64,000 bases of DNA from Vicinamibacterales bacterium (GTDB lineage: Bacteria > Acidobacteriota > Vicinamibacteria > Vicinamibacterales > UBA2999), in contig DATDOE010000138.1 of assembly GCA_035293405.1 (NCBI GenBank), forward strand, positions 46,462 through 110,461, in the 5' to 3' direction. Below are positions 34,526 through 43,145 of the stretch, piece by piece (the first letter of the stretch is position 1; each line of letters starts with the position of its first letter). The notes beneath the pieces were generated by a model. It was not told where the DNA came from and searched no databases. It was given only the letters and a program-made list of their open reading frames with translations. The position numbers were made by a program, and so were the translations under genes.

Positions 34526-35734
34526 ATGTCTGCCAGCGACACGATCGAAGCGCAGGGCCACCTGATTGACTCGGGTCTGCTCTCCGCGATCTTCGACAAG
34601 ATCATCGAGTTCCGGGGGTCCTACGAGATCCTCACGTTCGACATCGGCCGCACCAACGACGACCCGTCGCGGATCCAGATGCGCATTACCGCGCCCGATC
34701 GGACGGCGCTCGCCGATCTGCTCCAGCAGATCACCACCTTCGGCGCGCACGCGGTCCGCGAGAGCGACGTGCTGGTCAAGCCGGCCGAACAGGACCGGTG
34801 CGTGCCCGACGACTTCTACTCGACGACCAACCATCGCACGCAGGTGCGCTTGAGCGGCCAGTGGGTCGATGTCGACAAGCAGCGGATGGACGCGGTGATC
34901 GTCGTGGACGGCACGCGCGCGGCGTGCCGCAAGCTGCGCGACGTGAAGACCGGTGAACAGGTCGTCTGCGGGCACGCGGGCATCCGCGTCACGCCGGAGT
35001 TTCGCGAGCGCGACCGGCTCGGCTTCGCCTTCATGAGCAACGACGTGTCCTCCGAGCGCCGCGTCGAGGGCAGCGTCGCCCGGATCGCGCAGATGATGCG
35101 CGACGTGAAGGCCGTCGGCGGCCGCATCGCGGTCGTCGCGGGGCCTGTGGTTGTCCACACCGGAGGCGTCGAGCATTTTGCGTCGCTGATCCGGCAGGGA
35201 TACGTCAACCTCGTGCTCGCCGGGAATGCGCTGGCGGTCCACGACATCGAGTTCGCACTGTCCGGCACGTCCCTGGGCATCGACCTGGTCGCCGGTGCGC
35301 CGGTCGAGCAGGGGCACCGCAATCACATGGCCGCCATCAACACCGTCAATCGCGCCGGCAGCATTCGTCAGGCCGTCGAGAGCGGCGTGCTGAAGTCGGG
35401 CGTGATGTACGAGTGCGTCGCCCACGGCGTGGAGTACGTGCTCGCCGGCAGCATTCGGGACGATGGCCCGCTACCCGATACGATCATGGACCTCGTCGAG
35501 GCGCAGGAGCGGTACGCGGCAGCGCTCTCGAACGTCCAGCTGGTACTGATGCTCTCGTCGATGCTGCACAGCATCGGCGTCGGCAACATGCTGCCGTCGT
35601 GGGTGCGCGTCGTGTGCGTGGACATCAACCCGGCCGTCGTCACCAAGCTGAGCGATCGAGGGTCTCAGCAGACCGTCGGGATCGTCACCGACGTCGGACT
35701 CTTCCTGCACCGGCTGGCCGAAGCACTGACATGA
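34526..35734 (+). CDS. TIGR00300 / LOR-SDH conserved-region family protein (archaeal-type ornithine cyclodeaminase-like)
   Basis: 402 aa. The N-terminus EAQGHLIDSGLLSAIFDKIIEFRGSYEILTFDIGRTNDDPSRIQMRI matches my memory of the LOR/SDH N-terminal domain. Family-level call only. Confidence 0.6.
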   Translation: MSASDTIEAQGHLIDSGLLSAIFDKIIEFRGSYEILTFDIGRTNDDPSRIQMRITAPDRTALADLLQQITTFGAHAVRESDVLVKPAEQDRCVPDDFYSTTNHRTQVRLSGQWVDVDKQRMDAVIVVDGTRAACRKLRDVKTGEQVVCGHAGIRVTPEFRERDRLGFAFMSNDVSSERRVEGSVARIAQMMRDVKAVGGRIAVVAGPVVVHTGGVEHFASLIRQGYVNLVLAGNALAVHDIEFALSGTSLGIDLVAGAPVEQGHRNHMAAINTVNRAGSIRQAVESGVLKSGVMYECVAHGVEYVLAGSIRDDGPLPDTIMDLVEAQERYAAALSNVQLVLMLSSMLHSIGVGNMLPSWVRVVCVDINPAVVTKLSDRGSQQTVGIVTDVGLFLHRLAEALT

Positions 35735-35735
35735 G

Positions 35736-35813
35736 CGTAGGCCGGGTCCGCGCTGTGGACCCGGCTGGCCAGGAGCTGGCCAGGCGGGTTTACAACTCAA
35801 GACCCGCCCTACG
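35736..35813. repeat. REP/BIME-like element, paralogue of 6891-6963
   Basis: cGTAGGCCGGGTCC-n8-GGACCCGGC...GGCGGGTttacaactcaaGACCCGCCCTACg. It starts 2 nt after the stop at 35734. Confidence 0.6.
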
Positions 35814-36002
35814 TTCCCGTGACGTCAGTCCCTCTTCTTGTCCCCGGTGACACGAACAGCGACAGCAAGATCATTTGAGCCACGGAGATCACGGAGAGAT
35901 GTTCGACCAGGCGTGGCTCCGCATCGAGGCATGCACGCCGCATTCAGATCGAGCGCGGCATGCATGCGCGATGCGCGGCCGCGCTTTCACCCGTTGACTC
36001 GA

Positions 36003-36020
36003 CTTGAGCGATCGCTTAAG
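36003..36020. promoter_or_regulatory. Near-palindrome cttgagcgatcgcttaag upstream of the TetR gene (candidate operator)
   Basis: 9-bp arms with one mismatch, 9 nt upstream of GTG 36029. The half-site complement cgctcaag recurs at 36034-36041. Confidence 0.3.
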
Positions 36021-36028
36021 TTATTTGG

Positions 36029-36685
36029 GTGAACGCTCAAGAGAGTCGCCATGGAACAGAGACGCGAGAGCGTATTCTCCGAACCGCGTTTCAGTTATTT
36101 CACGAGCAGGGCTTCAACGCGACCGGTGTGGCCACGATAGCCCGAGAAGCCGGGGTCAATCCGGGTAGCCTGTACCACTTCTTCGAGAGCAAGGACGACT
36201 TGCTGCTGGGTGTCCTCGAGTTTTGCCTCGGCTACCTCGGGCCGGCGGTGATGGAACCCGCAGAAGCCAGCGCCGCAGATCCCCTCGATCGGGTGTTCGC
36301 GCTGCTTCAGGGTTACCGCGATCACATGGAGCGCGAACATTGCTGCATGGGGTGCCCGATCGGCAACCTGGCCCTCGAGATTGGCGACCATAACGCCAAG
36401 GCGCGTGCGCTCGTGCATGAAAACTTCGAGAACTGGGCCGCGCGCGTTGCGTCGTGGTTCGAGCGCGACACGAGCCTGCCGACGACCGTGGATCGACGCC
36501 GCCTGGCACGATTCATTCTCACTGTGATGGAAGGCGGGTTGATGCAGGCGCGGGCGGCCGGTCATCTCGGACCATTCGACGAAGCTGTGGACGTGCTGCG
36601 CGATTACTTTACGCGGCTCGGCACTCCTGCCGCCGCGAGGACCCGTCAAAAGACATCAACTTCGAAGAAGCGGAGGAGACGATGA
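36029..36685 (+). CDS. TetR/AcrR-family transcriptional regulator
   Basis: TRERILRTAFQLFHEQGFNATGVATIAREAGVNPGSLYHFFESKDDLL. GTG start; a stop codon lies 4 codons upstream in frame. Confidence 0.85.
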   Translation: MNAQESRHGTETRERILRTAFQLFHEQGFNATGVATIAREAGVNPGSLYHFFESKDDLLLGVLEFCLGYLGPAVMEPAEASAADPLDRVFALLQGYRDHMEREHCCMGCPIGNLALEIGDHNAKARALVHENFENWAARVASWFERDTSLPTTVDRRRLARFILTVMEGGLMQARAAGHLGPFDEAVDVLRDYFTRLGTPAAARTRQKTSTSKKRRRR

Positions 36686-37197
36686 AATCCTTATGCGTCG
36701 TTATGTTGGCGGCAATGGTCGGCGTCGCCGCGCGCGGGCAGGCCCCGGTCAACGAGCCGTCTTTTGTCAACGAAGGCATCGTGAACGCGCCGATCGCCGA
36801 GGTGTGGCGCGTCTGGTCGACATCCAACGGTTACAAGGCCCTGGGGGTCGCGCTAGCCGACGTCGATCTCCGCATTGGCGGCCTGATCCGTTCACGCTAC
36901 CGCGCCGACGGGGTGCTCGGCGATGACCAGACCATCGAAAACGAGATTCTCGCCTACGAGCCGCCGCGGATGATCGCCTTCCGCATTCACAAGACGCCCG
37001 CGACTTTCCCTTTCAAGGAAGCGTGGAAGCACACGTGGACGGTCGTGACGCTGACCTCGCTCGACGACGGCCGGACGCACGTGCGCGGGACCAGCCTGGG
37101 CTATGGCGCCGATCCAGAATCGCTGGCGATGCGACAGTTCTTCGAGCGCGGCAACGACCAGACGATCAAGACGCTCGTGGCAAGCTTCGCGAAGTAG
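36682..37197 (+). CDS. SRPBCC (AHSA1/START-like) family protein with signal peptide
   Basis: MKSLCVVMLAAMVGVAARGQ...IVNAPIAEVWRVWSTSNGYKALG...ILAYEPPRMIAFRI. ATGA overlap with the TetR stop. Confidence 0.65.
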   Translation: MKSLCVVMLAAMVGVAARGQAPVNEPSFVNEGIVNAPIAEVWRVWSTSNGYKALGVALADVDLRIGGLIRSRYRADGVLGDDQTIENEILAYEPPRMIAFRIHKTPATFPFKEAWKHTWTVVTLTSLDDGRTHVRGTSLGYGADPESLAMRQFFERGNDQTIKTLVASFAK

Positions 37198-37316
37198 CTC
37201 AGACGATCTGAGCTGTCGAACGAACCATTTCCAGCAACGCGTGCGGTATGGTCGGACCCGCCCCGCAACTCACCGGCTCGGAGCGCGCCTATACATGTTT
37301 GATTGGCTACCGCGGG

Positions 37317-38681
37317 CTAGACGACGGCGCGTGCCGAGGGCGCGCGGTCAGCCAGGCACTCGGCCACGCGTGTCAGTGCCTGTTCGAGACCGGCGCGCGT
37401 TCGCGGTGTGCCGATGCATACGCGCACGGCGCGCGGTTGATGATCGCCGACCGCGAACTCAGACGAGGCGTTCAGAATCACGCCCCTCGTGCGGGCCTGC
37501 GCGACGAAACCGTCCGATGACCAGCGGGGCGGCAGCGACAGCCACAGGTGATGGCTCATCGGATGCGTCTGGTAGCGCTCACCCGCGAGCAGGCGCTTCA
37601 CCATCGTCTGGCGAGCCGCGCCTTCATGCCGTTTCCAGTCGGCGATGCGCCACGCGGTGCCGTCCTCGATCCAGCCGCTCAACAGGTCGGCGCCGATCGG
37701 CGACGCGCAGAGCATCGTCGTCCACACTGCCGTGGCGATCTTTTCGAGCACGGCCGGAGGAGCCACGGCACAGCCCAAACGCAGTCCCGGGAAGAGGCTC
37801 TTGGACAGGCTCGTCACGAACACCGTCCGGTGCGGAATCAGCGGTGCGAGCGGCGTGCGTTCGGGTGACAGGAAGCCGTAGGTGTCGTCTTCGACGACGG
37901 TGAGACGATATTTCTCCGCGACGGCGGCGATCTGGCGGCGTCGTCTCTCGGACATGACGGCCGACGTCGGGTTCTGCATGCGGGGCATGCAGTAGAGGAC
38001 ACGGGCGCGCGAGGAGCGGCAGGCCACTTCGAGGGCGTCGGGCCTCAGTCCTTCACCGTCCATGGCGATGCCGCGCATCTTCAGCCGCATCTGCTGAGCG
38101 AGCATCCGGGCACCTGAGTAGGTCAGATCCTCGGTCAGGATCGTGTCGCCCGGTGCGAGGAGCGCCGCGAACGTTGTCGTGAGACCGTGCTGGGCCCCGG
38201 CGGTCAGCACGATGTGCTCCGGGTCGACGGGCATGCCCAATTGCTTCAACCACACCGCCATCGCCTGACGGTGGCGTACGTGGCCCCGCCGCGGGGCGTA
38301 GCCGAAGAGCTGAGTCCACGGCAGCACGCGCCGCTGGAGCAGATGCGCGGCAAGGTTGGCGACCTCTTTGTCCGGCATCAGGATGTTGATGCTGAGATCG
38401 AGCAGGGCGTTCTCGCCAGGCGCCTCGTCGTATGGCTCTTGTCCGCGGATGAACGTGCCCCGGCCCACGTGGCCCGTGGTGAGCCCGCGTCGCGCGGCTT
38501 CGGCGTAGGCCCGCGTGATCGTGGTGACCGTGAGGCCCAGATGGTCGGCCAGGTCGCGGTGCGGAGGCAGCCGTGTTCCCGCCCTCAGCGAGCCGCTCTG
38601 GACGTCCTCATCGATGGCGTCCGCTATCGACCGGTAGACGGGCCCCTTGCGGGTTTCGAGATTCGGCAGCCACATTGTCAT
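37317..38681 (-). CDS. MocR/PdxR-type GntR-family regulator with PLP-aminotransferase-like domain
   Basis: 454 aa. The N-terminal wHTH is PVYRSIADAIDEDVQSGSLRAGTRLPPHRDLADHLGLTVTTITRAYAEAARRGL. The C-terminal region is aminotransferase-fold, including SLSKSLFPGLRLG. Confidence 0.85.
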   Translation of the reverse strand: MTMWLPNLETRKGPVYRSIADAIDEDVQSGSLRAGTRLPPHRDLADHLGLTVTTITRAYAEAARRGLTTGHVGRGTFIRGQEPYDEAPGENALLDLSINILMPDKEVANLAAHLLQRRVLPWTQLFGYAPRRGHVRHRQAMAVWLKQLGMPVDPEHIVLTAGAQHGLTTTFAALLAPGDTILTEDLTYSGARMLAQQMRLKMRGIAMDGEGLRPDALEVACRSSRARVLYCMPRMQNPTSAVMSERRRRQIAAVAEKYRLTVVEDDTYGFLSPERTPLAPLIPHRTVFVTSLSKSLFPGLRLGCAVAPPAVLEKIATAVWTTMLCASPIGADLLSGWIEDGTAWRIADWKRHEGAARQTMVKRLLAGERYQTHPMSHHLWLSLPPRWSSDGFVAQARTRGVILNASSEFAVGDHQPRAVRVCIGTPRTRAGLEQALTRVAECLADRAPSARAVV

Positions 38682-38863
38682 TGACGCAATATACGCATTG
38701 CGCCGCTGTCAATCCACATGTCATACAGGCAATGTGCTACAAGAAGGCCTCGAGGAATCAGGAACCGGGCCTCAGGAGGCCGCCGGCGCTCGACGTCAGA
38801 GGATTCGGGAACGTACGTCGGATGTTCGGCGTCTTAACCGGCAAGTGCTATCCTCAAACCATC

Positions 38864-39742
38864 ATGGGTAAACGAATTTTTCTCTTCCTCGCCACCAACC
38901 TGGCGATCATCCTCACGCTGTCCGTCATCGTCAGTCTGCTCGGCGTCGGGAATGTGGCCGGCACGGGCGGGCTCGACCTCGGTGGCCTGGCGGTGCTGTG
39001 CCTGATCTGGGGCATGGGCGGCGCCTTCATCTCGCTGCTGATCTCTCGGTGGATCGCGAAACGATCGTTGGGTGTAAAGCTCGTGGACGGCCGCACCGGC
39101 AACAGCCAGTTTGACTGGTTGCACCAGACGGTTGGCCGTCTGACCCGTCAAGCGAACCTGCCGATGCCCGAGGTCGGCATCTACGAGTCGCCCGAGGTGA
39201 ACGCGTTTGCGACAGGACCGAGCAAGTCGCGGAGTCTCGTGGCTGTCTCGTCCGGCCTGATGCGCGGGATGCGGCCGGAAGAGATCGAGGGCGTGCTCGC
39301 GCACGAGGTCACGCACATCGCCAACGGCGACATGGTGACGATGACGCTGCTGCAGGGCGTGATGAACGCGTTCGTGATGTTCTTCGCCCGCGTGATCGCG
39401 TTCGCCTTGACGCGGTCCGGCGACGAGCGGCGAGGCGGTGGCTCGTATTTCCTCGTGGTGATGGTCCTGCAGATCGTGCTCGGCATCCTCGGCTCGATGG
39501 TCACGGCGTGGTTCTCGCGGCAGCGTGAGTTCAGGGCCGATGCGGGCGGCGCGCACCTGGCCGGCCGCGAGCGAATGGTGGGCGCGCTGCGCCGGCTGGC
39601 GGCGAATCACGAGCTCGTGGACACACAGCACCAGGCGCTCGCGACCATGAAGATCAATGGCGTGCGCGGGTGGGCGGTGCTCTTCTCCACGCACCCGCCG
39701 CTCGAGCAGCGCATCGCGGCGCTGGAGAACGCCGGACGGTAA
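38864..39742 (+). CDS. htpX: Zinc metalloprotease HtpX (M48)
   Basis: MGKRIFLFLATNLAIILTLSV..., HEVTHIANGD, and C-terminal STHPPLEQRIAAL. Confidence 0.9.
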   Translation: MGKRIFLFLATNLAIILTLSVIVSLLGVGNVAGTGGLDLGGLAVLCLIWGMGGAFISLLISRWIAKRSLGVKLVDGRTGNSQFDWLHQTVGRLTRQANLPMPEVGIYESPEVNAFATGPSKSRSLVAVSSGLMRGMRPEEIEGVLAHEVTHIANGDMVTMTLLQGVMNAFVMFFARVIAFALTRSGDERRGGGSYFLVVMVLQIVLGILGSMVTAWFSRQREFRADAGGAHLAGRERMVGALRRLAANHELVDTQHQALATMKINGVRGWAVLFSTHPPLEQRIAALENAGR

Positions 39743-39749
39743 TCACATC

Positions 39750-39837
39750 GGTTCGTGGTTGGTGGTTCTTGGTGAGCCAGGACCGCCAACAAGCCCACGG
39801 CCGTCGACTACTAGTCCAACCGAGAACCAAGAACCAG
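39750..39837. repeat. Inverted heptamer arrays (GGTTCGT family), 11-bp perfect stem around a 52-nt spacer
   Basis: Left array ggttcgtggttggtggttcttggt (39750-39773). Right array ccaaccgagaaccaagaaccag (39816-39837). tggttcttggt (39763-73) is complementary to accaagaacca (39826-36). The right arm ends at the rhodanese ATG. Confidence 0.7.
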
Positions 39838-40692
39838 ATGTCGCACCGCACGATCGTTTCGACCGACACCCTGGCCTCACACCTGTCGGGCGCGTGGGTC
39901 ATCGTCGATTGCCGATTCGATCTGCAGGCGGCTGAGTGGGGCCGGGAGCAATACCTCGCCGCGCACATTCCGGGCGCCGTCTACGCCAGCCTCAACCACG
40001 ATCTCGCCGGACCCCGCACTGGCACCAACGGCCGGCATCCTCTTCCATCGATCGAGGCGCTCACCGCGACGCTGGGACGCCTGGGGATCGGGCGCAGTAC
40101 ACAGGTCGTCGCCTACGACCAGGATTCCGGCATGTACGCGAGCCGTCTCTGGTGGATGCTGCGTTACATGGGACACGACGCGGTGGCGGTTCTCGACGGC
40201 GGGTGGGCGAAGTGGACACGGGAAGAACGACCTGCGCGTAGCGGCGATGAGCCGCGGCCCGCGGTGGCGTTCGCCGCGTCGCCACGGCCCGAGCTGCGCT
40301 CGAGTGTGGACGATGTGACCGCGCGCCTGCACGACGGGAGCACTCTGCTCGTCGATGCCCGTGGGCCCGAGCGCTACGAGGGCCGCTCCGAACCGATCGA
40401 TCGCGTGGCGGGACATATTCCCGGTGCGGTCAATCGCTACTACAAATCAAACGCGACCGACGATGGCACGCTGCTCCCGCCGCAAGTCCTTCGTGCGACC
40501 TTCCTGAGACTGCTTGGCGATCGGGAACCGGCGCAGGCCGTGATGTATTGCGGCTCTGGCGTGACCGCCTGCCATAACCTGCTGGCCATGGAGCACGCGG
40601 GGCTCACCGGCGCTCGTCTCTTCGCCGGCTCGTGGTCCGAATGGTCCGCTGATCCCACCCGCCCCGTCGAAAAGGGCCCTTCGAAGCCGTAG
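39838..40692 (+). CDS. sseA: Rhodanese-domain sulfurtransferase (thiosulfate/3-mercaptopyruvate type)
   Basis: MSHRTIVSTDTLASHL..., two rhodanese domains, and active-site loop YCGSGVTACHNLLAM. Confidence 0.85.
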   Translation: MSHRTIVSTDTLASHLSGAWVIVDCRFDLQAAEWGREQYLAAHIPGAVYASLNHDLAGPRTGTNGRHPLPSIEALTATLGRLGIGRSTQVVAYDQDSGMYASRLWWMLRYMGHDAVAVLDGGWAKWTREERPARSGDEPRPAVAFAASPRPELRSSVDDVTARLHDGSTLLVDARGPERYEGRSEPIDRVAGHIPGAVNRYYKSNATDDGTLLPPQVLRATFLRLLGDREPAQAVMYCGSGVTACHNLLAMEHAGLTGARLFAGSWSEWSADPTRPVEKGPSKP

Positions 40693-40741
40693 GGCCAACC
40701 CATCGCGGAATTCTTCCGTCCAAGAAGGCCGGAGGAAGCAT

Positions 40742-41590
40742 ATGGTCCGCGCTCTTTGTGTGACAGCCCTGCTCGTGACGGCGGCAGCCGCCATTCTCCC
40801 GGCCCAGCGGAGTCGTGACCGGGACTTTGGCCTCTCTCAGGACGACTGGTGCCGCGAGGAGCGCCGTGCGGACTTCTGCGAGGTGCGTGAGGAAACCCTC
40901 CGCAACCTGAACGTCGTGGACCTCGATGCCCGAGGCAATGGCGGCGTCGCTGTCCGGGGATGGGATCGCCCGGACGTGCAGGTCCGCGCGCGAATCGTGG
41001 TCTATGAGAGAAGCCGCGACGATGCCCAGCAGCTCGCCAAGGAAATTCAACTGACCACCACCGGCGGACGCATCCGCGCGGACGGGCCGGAGCGGACACG
41101 CCGGCGTAGTAGTCGCAATGGGCGCAATTGGGACGACGATCGCTATTGGTCCGTCGCCTATGAGCTGCAAGTACCACGGAAAGCGGAGCTCCGATTGGAT
41201 GCGACGAATGGCGGCATCTCGGTCGAGGACGTGCGTGGCCGAGTGGACGCGCGCACAGTCAACGGCGGCATCCAGCTCGGTGACGTTGGCGGAGACATAC
41301 GAGGCGAGACGGTCAACGGTGGACTGCGGGTCGAGTTGGCCGGCGAAAAGTGGGACGGTGCGGGCCTGGATCTCAAGACCGTGAACGGCGGCGTCTCGCT
41401 CGCCGTGCCCTCCGGCTTCTCCGGAGAGCTCGACGCGCGGACGGCCAACGGCGGCATCTCCGTGGACTTCCCGATTACGGTCACGGGACTCCTCAACAAC
41501 CGCCGCCAAATCACGGCCACGCTCGGTTCGGGCGGCCCCAGGATTCGGCTCGCGGCTGTGAACGGAGGGATTTCTATCTCAAGGAGATAG
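40742..41590 (+). CDS. DUF4097-family beta-strand-repeat protein (putative adhesin)
   Basis: 282 aa with a signal peptide. Repeated NGGISVEDVRGRVDARTVNGGIQLGDVGGDIRGETVNGGLRV pattern. Confidence 0.7.
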   Translation: MVRALCVTALLVTAAAAILPAQRSRDRDFGLSQDDWCREERRADFCEVREETLRNLNVVDLDARGNGGVAVRGWDRPDVQVRARIVVYERSRDDAQQLAKEIQLTTTGGRIRADGPERTRRRSSRNGRNWDDDRYWSVAYELQVPRKAELRLDATNGGISVEDVRGRVDARTVNGGIQLGDVGGDIRGETVNGGLRVELAGEKWDGAGLDLKTVNGGVSLAVPSGFSGELDARTANGGISVDFPITVTGLLNNRRQITATLGSGGPRIRLAAVNGGISISRR

Positions 41591-41603
41591 AACCACTGGG
41601 TCA

Positions 41604-41669
41604 GTAGGTCAAAGGGCAAAGGGCAAAGGGCAAAGGGCAAAGGTGAGGTAACTTTGACCCTTGACCTAC
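41604..41669. repeat. GTAG-headed heptamer array (CAAAGGG)x4-5 with inverted partner
   Basis: gtaggtcaaagggcaaagggcaaagggcaaagggcaaagg ... ctttgacccttgacctac. The right arm contains the TTG start (41661) of the M20 gene. Confidence 0.75.
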
Positions 41670-43091
41670 AGAGTTCTTGTCTTCGTCCTCCTCGCGAGTA
41701 ATGTCGCCGCACAGGGACTGAACGTCTCCGCCCCAGCACCGCGCGGCTTCGACCGCGCCGTCGCACAGGCCGACACGCTTGCGCTGCTCAAGCAGCTCGT
41801 GGCGCTCGATACGCAGAATCCCCCCGGCAATGAGATCCTCGTCGCGCGACACCTCGACGCGATGCTCCGTGGGGTCCCGGGTATCGAAACGCACATCCTT
41901 GACCCCGGGGATGGGCGGGCGAACTTCATCGCGCGGCTTCGCGCGGTCAAACCCACCAGGCGTGCGGTGCTCGTCATGGGCCACATGGATGTCGTCGGCG
42001 CTGAAGCGTCGAAGTGGACGTCGCCGCCGTTTCAGGCTGTCGAACGGGACGGATACCTGTACGGACGCGGCACCATCGACGACAAAGGGGCGCTGGCGGC
42101 CACCGCCGTCGCGATGCGGATGCTCGCGTCGCTGCGCGACTCGCTCGACCGGGACATCATCCTGCTCGGCACGGCAGCCGAGGAGAGTGGGGGTGAACAG
42201 GGAATCACCCGTGTCCTCGCGCAGCACTTCGATCTGATCAAGGACGCCGAGTTCGCACTCAATGAAGGTGGGCGTATCCGCGTGCGCAACGGGCAGGTCA
42301 ACACGATTAACATCCAGGTGACCGAGAAACTCTCCTACGCCGTGATCGCCACCGCGCGCGGCACATCGGGACACGCCTCCGTTCAGTTGCAGGACAACGC
42401 GATTGCCGCCCTCTCGCGGGCGCTGGCACGCGTGCATGACACACCACAGCCGGTGGAGCTGAACGAGGTGACCCGCGCGTACTTCGGGGGACTGGCAAAG
42501 GTCGAAGCGGATCCCGTCATGCGACAGGCGATGGAATCCCTCACCACCGCGCGCGACAGAGCGTCGATCGACAAGGCGACTGCGGTTGTGAGCCGCGATC
42601 CGGTGCACAACACGCTGCTGAGGAACACGGCGTCGCTCACGATGCTCGCCGGCGGCATTCGCGTCAACATCATCCCGTCAGAGGTCACGGCCACACTCAA
42701 CCTGCGCGAGCTCCCGGACGGTGACGTCCGTGCGCACGTTGCGGACTTGAATCGGGTCGGCGCCGAAAAACAGGTCACCTTCACGCTCCGGGGAGAGCCC
42801 CGAAAGTCTCCGCCGGTGTCGTCCACCACGTCGGCGCTTTATCTGGCCATGGAGGCGACGGGCCGGGAGATGGCGCCTCAGGCCGCGGTGATCCCGATGA
42901 TGTCCTCGGGCGCCACCGACGGCGCCGCGCTGCGTGCCGCGGGCATTCCCACCTATGGCATCCTGCCGCTGCCGCTCGACATGGACGATGAACTGCGCAT
43001 GCACGGGGACAACGAGCGCACGCCGATCGCTTCCCTCGGATGGGCGACCGAGTATCTCTACCGCGTGCTGATGAAGGTGGCCGTGAGATAG
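41661..43091 (+). CDS. M20/M25/M40-family metallopeptidase, secreted
   Basis: 476 aa with signal VLVFVLLASNVAAQG. VLVMGHMDVV, GRGTIDDKG and AAEESGG are M20 metal and catalytic motifs. Confidence 0.8.
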   Translation: MTYRVLVFVLLASNVAAQGLNVSAPAPRGFDRAVAQADTLALLKQLVALDTQNPPGNEILVARHLDAMLRGVPGIETHILDPGDGRANFIARLRAVKPTRRAVLVMGHMDVVGAEASKWTSPPFQAVERDGYLYGRGTIDDKGALAATAVAMRMLASLRDSLDRDIILLGTAAEESGGEQGITRVLAQHFDLIKDAEFALNEGGRIRVRNGQVNTINIQVTEKLSYAVIATARGTSGHASVQLQDNAIAALSRALARVHDTPQPVELNEVTRAYFGGLAKVEADPVMRQAMESLTTARDRASIDKATAVVSRDPVHNTLLRNTASLTMLAGGIRVNIIPSEVTATLNLRELPDGDVRAHVADLNRVGAEKQVTFTLRGEPRKSPPVSSTTSALYLAMEATGREMAPQAAVIPMMSSGATDGAALRAAGIPTYGILPLPLDMDDELRMHGDNERTPIASLGWATEYLYRVLMKVAVR

Positions 43092-43095
43092 TCTA

Positions 43096-43134
43096 GGTCT
43101 GCGCTCTTCGGTCTGCGGTTCGGTCTGCGGTCTC
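43096..43134. repeat. Direct heptamer-type array (GGTCTGC units)
   Basis: ggtctgcgctcttcggtctgcggttcggtctgcggtctc, between the M20 stop and the MATE start. Confidence 0.55.
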
Positions 43135-43145
43135 AGGAACTCACA

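Noticed and set aside
41604-41643. Tandem short repeats here and at 34455, 44562 and 54576, considered as CRISPR arrays.
   Set aside because: The period is 7 nt with no spacers, and there are no cas genes. They are not CRISPR.
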